NCBI GenBank assembly: GCA_043780835.1
Contig: JAYWCB010000010.1
Span: 2,845-66,844, forward strand
Direction: 5' to 3'
Length of the DNA stretch: 64,000 bases
Source of the DNA: Minisyncoccota bacterium
GTDB lineage: Bacteria; Patescibacteriota; Minisyncoccia; Phycocordibacterales; UBA2100
Part shown: one piece after another, positions 60,225-64,000 of the stretch
How the letters are laid out: every line of letters begins with the position of its first letter
How positions within the stretch are numbered: the first letter of the stretch is position 1
Notes under the pieces: generated by a model
The model's database searches: none
The model's input: the letters and a program-made list of their open reading frames with translations, nothing else
Told to the model about the DNA's origin: nothing
Position numbers and translations under genes: made by a program

Positions 60225-60551
60225 TTACTTTGTAGGGTCGGTCACTTGAGGCGTCGTCGTTTTGCTGAGTTCAAAATTCGCCTTTCGCTCCGAAAACTTT
60301 GCAAGCGCACTTTCAAGTTGCGTACGATCGATCGCCGTTTTCTGTTGCGTGCTCGCGTCGATGGTTGTCGCAGACATAGTCGACATGACCGCCGAAAACT
60401 CCCATATACCGAAGAAAATTACGAGGCCCGCAGCAATGATTGCACCCAAGAGAACCGTTCGCCAATACGCCTCCGCAATTGGCCTGAGATTTTCCGGCTC
60501 ATGCCGAGCTTCATAAAGCTCTTTGAAAGAATCATGCTGTGCATCTTTCAT
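60225..60551 (-). CDS. Membrane-anchored protein of the pil cluster
   Basis: Single TM; last gene of the pilM operon. Confidence 0.65.
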   Translation of the reverse strand: MKDAQHDSFKELYEARHEPENLRPIAEAYWRTVLLGAIIAAGLVIFFGIWEFSAVMSTMSATTIDASTQQKTAIDRTQLESALAKFSERKANFELSKTTTPQVTDPTK

Positions 60552-61099
60552 ATTGATACCGAAATTAAAGTCTGCACGCGGATACGTACAGAAATATGCC
60601 ATGGCGGCAGTTTGGGATCGGACGACTGCACTTTCTCAATATCCATCTGATCTATCGATGAAAGCAACGGAAGTTTTTCGTAAAGTTCAGCCGCGTGCAT
60701 CACCTGCACAAACGTCCCCGAACCCTGTACGTTGAATACCACCGCACGCAGTGTATCGCCCGACTTGTCCAGTTGCTGCGTGCCGGTAACCGCGGCATCG
60801 CTCACCGTGGCCTGAATTGCCGCACTCTTTCCGGCGGCGTCTATAAGATCGATAATGGGTACCACGTCTGCGCCCGCAATCGCCGAAAGTTCGGCGCGTT
60901 TATCTTTTGTGCTTTCAGCAAGCGCTTGAACACGTTTATTTAATGCTGCCTGATTCGCTTTTGTGAGCGCGGCAATCGAATCATTTGATCGCTGTACTGC
61001 CGTGGTCTCGATGAGATTCGCGGCAAACACAACAGCTCCCCACGAAAGTATCGCGAGGGCCACCATGATCCATGAAATCAATTTTATGCGTTTCGTCAT
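60548..61099 (-). CDS. PilO-like protein
   Basis: TM, coiled coil, GTFVQVMH...EKLP; operon position. Confidence 0.6.
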   Translation of the reverse strand: MTKRIKLISWIMVALAILSWGAVVFAANLIETTAVQRSNDSIAALTKANQAALNKRVQALAESTKDKRAELSAIAGADVVPIIDLIDAAGKSAAIQATVSDAAVTGTQQLDKSGDTLRAVVFNVQGSGTFVQVMHAAELYEKLPLLSSIDQMDIEKVQSSDPKLPPWHISVRIRVQTLISVSI

Positions 61100-61100
61100 A

Positions 61101-61610
61101 CTAAAATTTGCCGGAGAGCGTTACAGAAAACTGACCACTGGTGCCCACGAGCGCTGCTACAGGTACTGAAACACTCGAAAACATACCGTCGTTTTCGAGC
61201 GCCGTGCGATATGCAGTGAGCGCATCGCGATTCGCGGCGCCGGCAAGCTGTATATTTTTTGACGCACCGACATATCGTATGCGTTGAACCGTCACACCTT
61301 TCGGTCGCAACGCGAGCGCGCGCTCAATGGCCGCCGACGGTGATGACGTTGCAAAGATAATAGGAGTAAGTGCCGACAAAAGCGCCTGTGATTTCGACAT
61401 ACTTTTAAGACTCTCGGCGGCAGATGAACCTTGCGCGCTCATTTGCGCCTCGGAGAGCGTATTTGATTCCAGTGCGAAATAACTCGGCATAAGAGCAATA
61501 AACGCGAGCATCGCGAGGCCGATGCATACGAGTGAAAGCACGATCAAAAAACGTGCGCGGTGCATCGCCCAGAGAGATTGTTGTGCCGGAAGCGGAAGAA
61601 CGTTTGTCAT
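61101..61610 (-). CDS. PilN-like protein
   Basis: NVLP, TM, LAGAANRDAL...FSSVSVP. Confidence 0.65.
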   Translation of the reverse strand: MTNVLPLPAQQSLWAMHRARFLIVLSLVCIGLAMLAFIALMPSYFALESNTLSEAQMSAQGSSAAESLKSMSKSQALLSALTPIIFATSSPSAAIERALALRPKGVTVQRIRYVGASKNIQLAGAANRDALTAYRTALENDGMFSSVSVPVAALVGTSGQFSVTLSGKF

Positions 61611-61615
61611 ATGTA

Positions 61616-62746
61616 TTAGAGTCCCCGAAGCGCAAGGCCGATGGCCGTCGCAAATTGCAATGAGTTATGTTTGTCGATCGGCGGTATGTAGTCGTCGAAG
61701 TCAGTCACATGGCGCCACACATTGCCTCTGAGCGCTTTCGCCTGAACACGTCCTGAAATGTAATCGGACAACCCACGGAGATTTGCGTTCCCTCCCACGA
61801 GAATAACGCGACCGACGGGCGTCATACGTTCTCCATGTTCATTACGCCGGGTATCCCAATAGTGGTAGTGGCGTGCGACCTCATCTGCAAGCGCTGCGGC
61901 TGCACCGCTCACGGCATCTAATTGCGACGGCTTGTCTTTTCTTGATGCTAAGAGTCCTTCGTCATTTTTGAATCGTTCCGCGTCTTCATGCGTCATCGAG
62001 AGTTTACCTACAAGCATTCGGTCAATCAGATCGCCGCCAACTTCCACGGTCGACGTAAAGATCGGGACCCCGCGCTTCACAACGGCAAATCCGGTGCGCG
62101 CTCGTCCGAAATCAACAAGCAGCACGATCGGCTCTTCGGCATCCGATGATGAAACGGCGCGTGCAATCGAGCGTGCTTCAACCTCGAGGGATAAAAGCGT
62201 AATGCCCGCGGCCGAGAACGCCTCCACATACGCTTGCGCGACATCGCGCGGAAACACAACCACGCTGATTTCTTCGCTTCCAGTATCGTCTTTCGAAATA
62301 GTACTGTAATCAAACACTGCGGCACTTGGTGGAATCGGTACGCGACCTTCAAATTCAAACTCAATCATGCCCATAATCTGATCGCGCGCAGTTCCGCCAG
62401 GCACCTGCATACTAAACACATAGGCCGCTTCTTCGGGCAGCGCGGCGTGCGCGCATGTAACGCCCTTCAATTCTGTCCGCACCTGTTTCAACACCTCGGC
62501 AAGCGCATGGATATCGTGAATAACACCGTTGATAACGATGCCGGATTTGAGTTGTATGTCGCCATGCGTCTGCACACGTAGTCCACGCTCTGCAGGTAGC
62601 AGCGTCAGCCATTTTATTGATGAGTCCGAAATATCCACGCCGGCCGCGCGCGGCATCAAAAGTTCAGGCATCGGAAACCAGCGCGCGAGGCGCCGAGAGA
62701 ACGATTGCTTCGCATTCGAAAGAGCCGTGGGATCAGACGACCACAT
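61616..62746 (-). CDS. pilM: Type IV pilus assembly protein PilM
   Basis: GVDISDSSIK, VDFG, LVGGNANLRGL, ATAIGLALR. Confidence 0.9.
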   Translation of the reverse strand: MWSSDPTALSNAKQSFSRRLARWFPMPELLMPRAAGVDISDSSIKWLTLLPAERGLRVQTHGDIQLKSGIVINGVIHDIHALAEVLKQVRTELKGVTCAHAALPEEAAYVFSMQVPGGTARDQIMGMIEFEFEGRVPIPPSAAVFDYSTISKDDTGSEEISVVVFPRDVAQAYVEAFSAAGITLLSLEVEARSIARAVSSSDAEEPIVLLVDFGRARTGFAVVKRGVPIFTSTVEVGGDLIDRMLVGKLSMTHEDAERFKNDEGLLASRKDKPSQLDAVSGAAAALADEVARHYHYWDTRRNEHGERMTPVGRVILVGGNANLRGLSDYISGRVQAKALRGNVWRHVTDFDDYIPPIDKHNSLQFATAIGLALRGL

Positions 62747-62775
62747 CGCTCGATTATATCAGGAGCGAACGACTA

Positions 62776-63126
62776 TTACTTCAATGTTGTTCCGCGTGGG
62801 ACTTCGCGCTCAGGTGAGAGCAGCGCAACACCAGAGTCATCAGATGCTGCAATAAGCATTCCCTGACTTTCAACACCACGAAGTGTTCGTGGTGCAAGAT
62901 TCACGATATAGGGGAGTTGTTTTCCGACGAGATCCTCGGGGGTTTTCCATTCTGCGATACCCGAAACAATAATGCGTGTTCCATAGTCACCGAAATCAAT
63001 GGTGCACTTAAGTAATTTATCGGCGTTTTCAATTTTCTCCACAGCGAGGACGGTGCCGAGGCGAATATCAAGCTTTGCAAAATCTTCGTACGAAATCTCC
63101 GGCTTATTCTGAGGAGTTTCTTCCAC
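62776..63126 (-). CDS. Stand-alone tRNA-binding OB-fold protein (MetRS C-domain/Trbp111/CsaA-like)
   Basis: ISYEDFAKLDIRLG, ADKLL, IVSGI, NLAPR..RGVESQGM; GTG start regenerated by the MITE end. Confidence 0.88.
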   Translation of the reverse strand: MEETPQNKPEISYEDFAKLDIRLGTVLAVEKIENADKLLKCTIDFGDYGTRIIVSGIAEWKTPEDLVGKQLPYIVNLAPRTLRGVESQGMLIAASDDSGVALLSPEREVPRGTTLK

Positions 63127-63234
63127 CCCGGTAGAAACAGGTCGCGGAAGGTTCGTTTCGGGACTATTGGAATCTAATGTCATAAAAAAGCATTTAAAAA
63201 AATATGATTGTTGCGACCGCGGTTTCTAACGGGG
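63126..63234. mobile_element. Miniature inverted-repeat element, copy 3 (109 bp), inserted in a start codon
   Basis: ccccggtagaaac/gtttctaacgggg (12/13); TCCA direct repeats at 63122-25 and 63235-38. Confidence 0.75.
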
Positions 63235-63242
63235 TCCATGCA

Positions 63243-63635
63243 TTAGTCTACACGGCCTGTTTTGATATCCAAATAGCGCTGCAAAATAACCGCGGCTGCG
63301 GCGGAATCATCGTGCCGGTCGTCCGGTGCGTAGCGATTGGCCTCGATTGAGCTCCCCGCTTCCCACGACGATGCAATCGGAATATCAAGGACTTCCTTCA
63401 GGTCGATCACAAAGTTTTTTACGTGTGTCGTTATCGGATTCGGCACACCGCCATAGCTTTTTGTGTCGCCAATGACGATGAAATCGATCTTTTCTTCACG
63501 TACAAGCGCTTTAATCGTATCAATCACACCGCGCATGTTTGCAATGGTGGCGCGAGGAAAGGCAATGGTGCCGTTGGCATCGGACACCGCAAGTCCGATG
63601 CGTTTGCCGCCGTAGTCGATGCCAAGGAATTTCAT
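63243..63635 (-). CDS. ruvX: YqgF/RuvX RNase H-fold nuclease
   Basis: LGIDYGGKRIGLAVSD, DSAAAAVILQRYLD. Confidence 0.9.
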   Translation of the reverse strand: MKFLGIDYGGKRIGLAVSDANGTIAFPRATIANMRGVIDTIKALVREEKIDFIVIGDTKSYGGVPNPITTHVKNFVIDLKEVLDIPIASSWEAGSSIEANRYAPDDRHDDSAAAAVILQRYLDIKTGRVD

Positions 63636-63637
63636 AT

Positions 63638-64000
63638 TCAGAATTCCCGCGTTTCGTTGTTGTGGAGTGCTTTGAATTCAATACCATGAGGCGCGATGAT
63701 AGATTGGATGATCTGAGGTATAAATCCGGTCAATTGAGGATTAAGAATCATATCGTGCACGGGGAAAGCGGTCTTTGGTTTTAGTTCAATCGCATAATCA
63801 ATCGCTTCGGATAAGCGCATCCACGGACCCGCAACGGGTAGCGCAAGTATTTCAACAGCGACATTCGGTTTGATAAACGAATCTCCCGGGTACCACAGTC
63901 GATTGGCGACAAGGAAGCCCGTGTTTTGAATTCGTGGAATCGTGGAATGTATTTCTTCGTGTATACCCGAAACGCCGGAAATCAGCACTCCCCCAATTTC
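63638..64000 (-). CDS. MBL-fold metallo-hydrolase (5' truncated by window edge)
   Basis: YPGDSF, LALPVAGPW, PVHD. Confidence 0.75.
   Translation of the reverse strand, partial: EIGGVLISGVSGIHEEIHSTIPRIQNTGFLVANRLWYPGDSFIKPNVAVEILALPVAGPWMRLSEAIDYAIELKPKTAFPVHDMILNPQLTGFIPQIIQSIIAPHGIEFKALHNNETREF

Noticed and set aside
1-64000. Additional remote DGR variable repeats
   Set aside because: No other gene end in the window visibly matches the TR; a computed alignment is needed to exclude weak matches

Overview
Chromosomal segment of a small-genome bacterium, most likely CPR/Patescibacteria (Parcubacteria-like). This is inferred from gene content and style: rplK with no adjacent rplA, alpha2-type GlyRS, short MetRS, degenerate PilM/N/O, an S-layer-like protein and many apparently leaderless genes. 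Most genes are housekeeping and on the minus strand: ribosomal proteins, aaRSs, secE-nusG, tmk, recO, ATP-citrate lyase and 4 tRNAs. ftsK, recA and efp are on the plus strand. Accessory highlights: (1) a complete diversity-generating retroelement (34197-36722) whose 112-nt TR/VR pair differs at 16 sites, all template adenines, with avd antisense between TR and RT; (2) 135-180 bp fold-back units behind rpsR, tRNA-His and tRNA-Arg that duplicate the host gene 3' end in both orientations and share two covarying tetraloop hairpins; (3) three CCCGTTAGA...TCTAACGGG miniature elements with 4-bp target duplications, two inserted into start codons; (4) a PaaX/Cas2-like gene bracketed by 26-bp palindromic direct repeats; (5) a GIY-YIG gene bracketed by 15-bp perfect inverted repeats. 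All alignments and counts were done by eye; no database searches were run.
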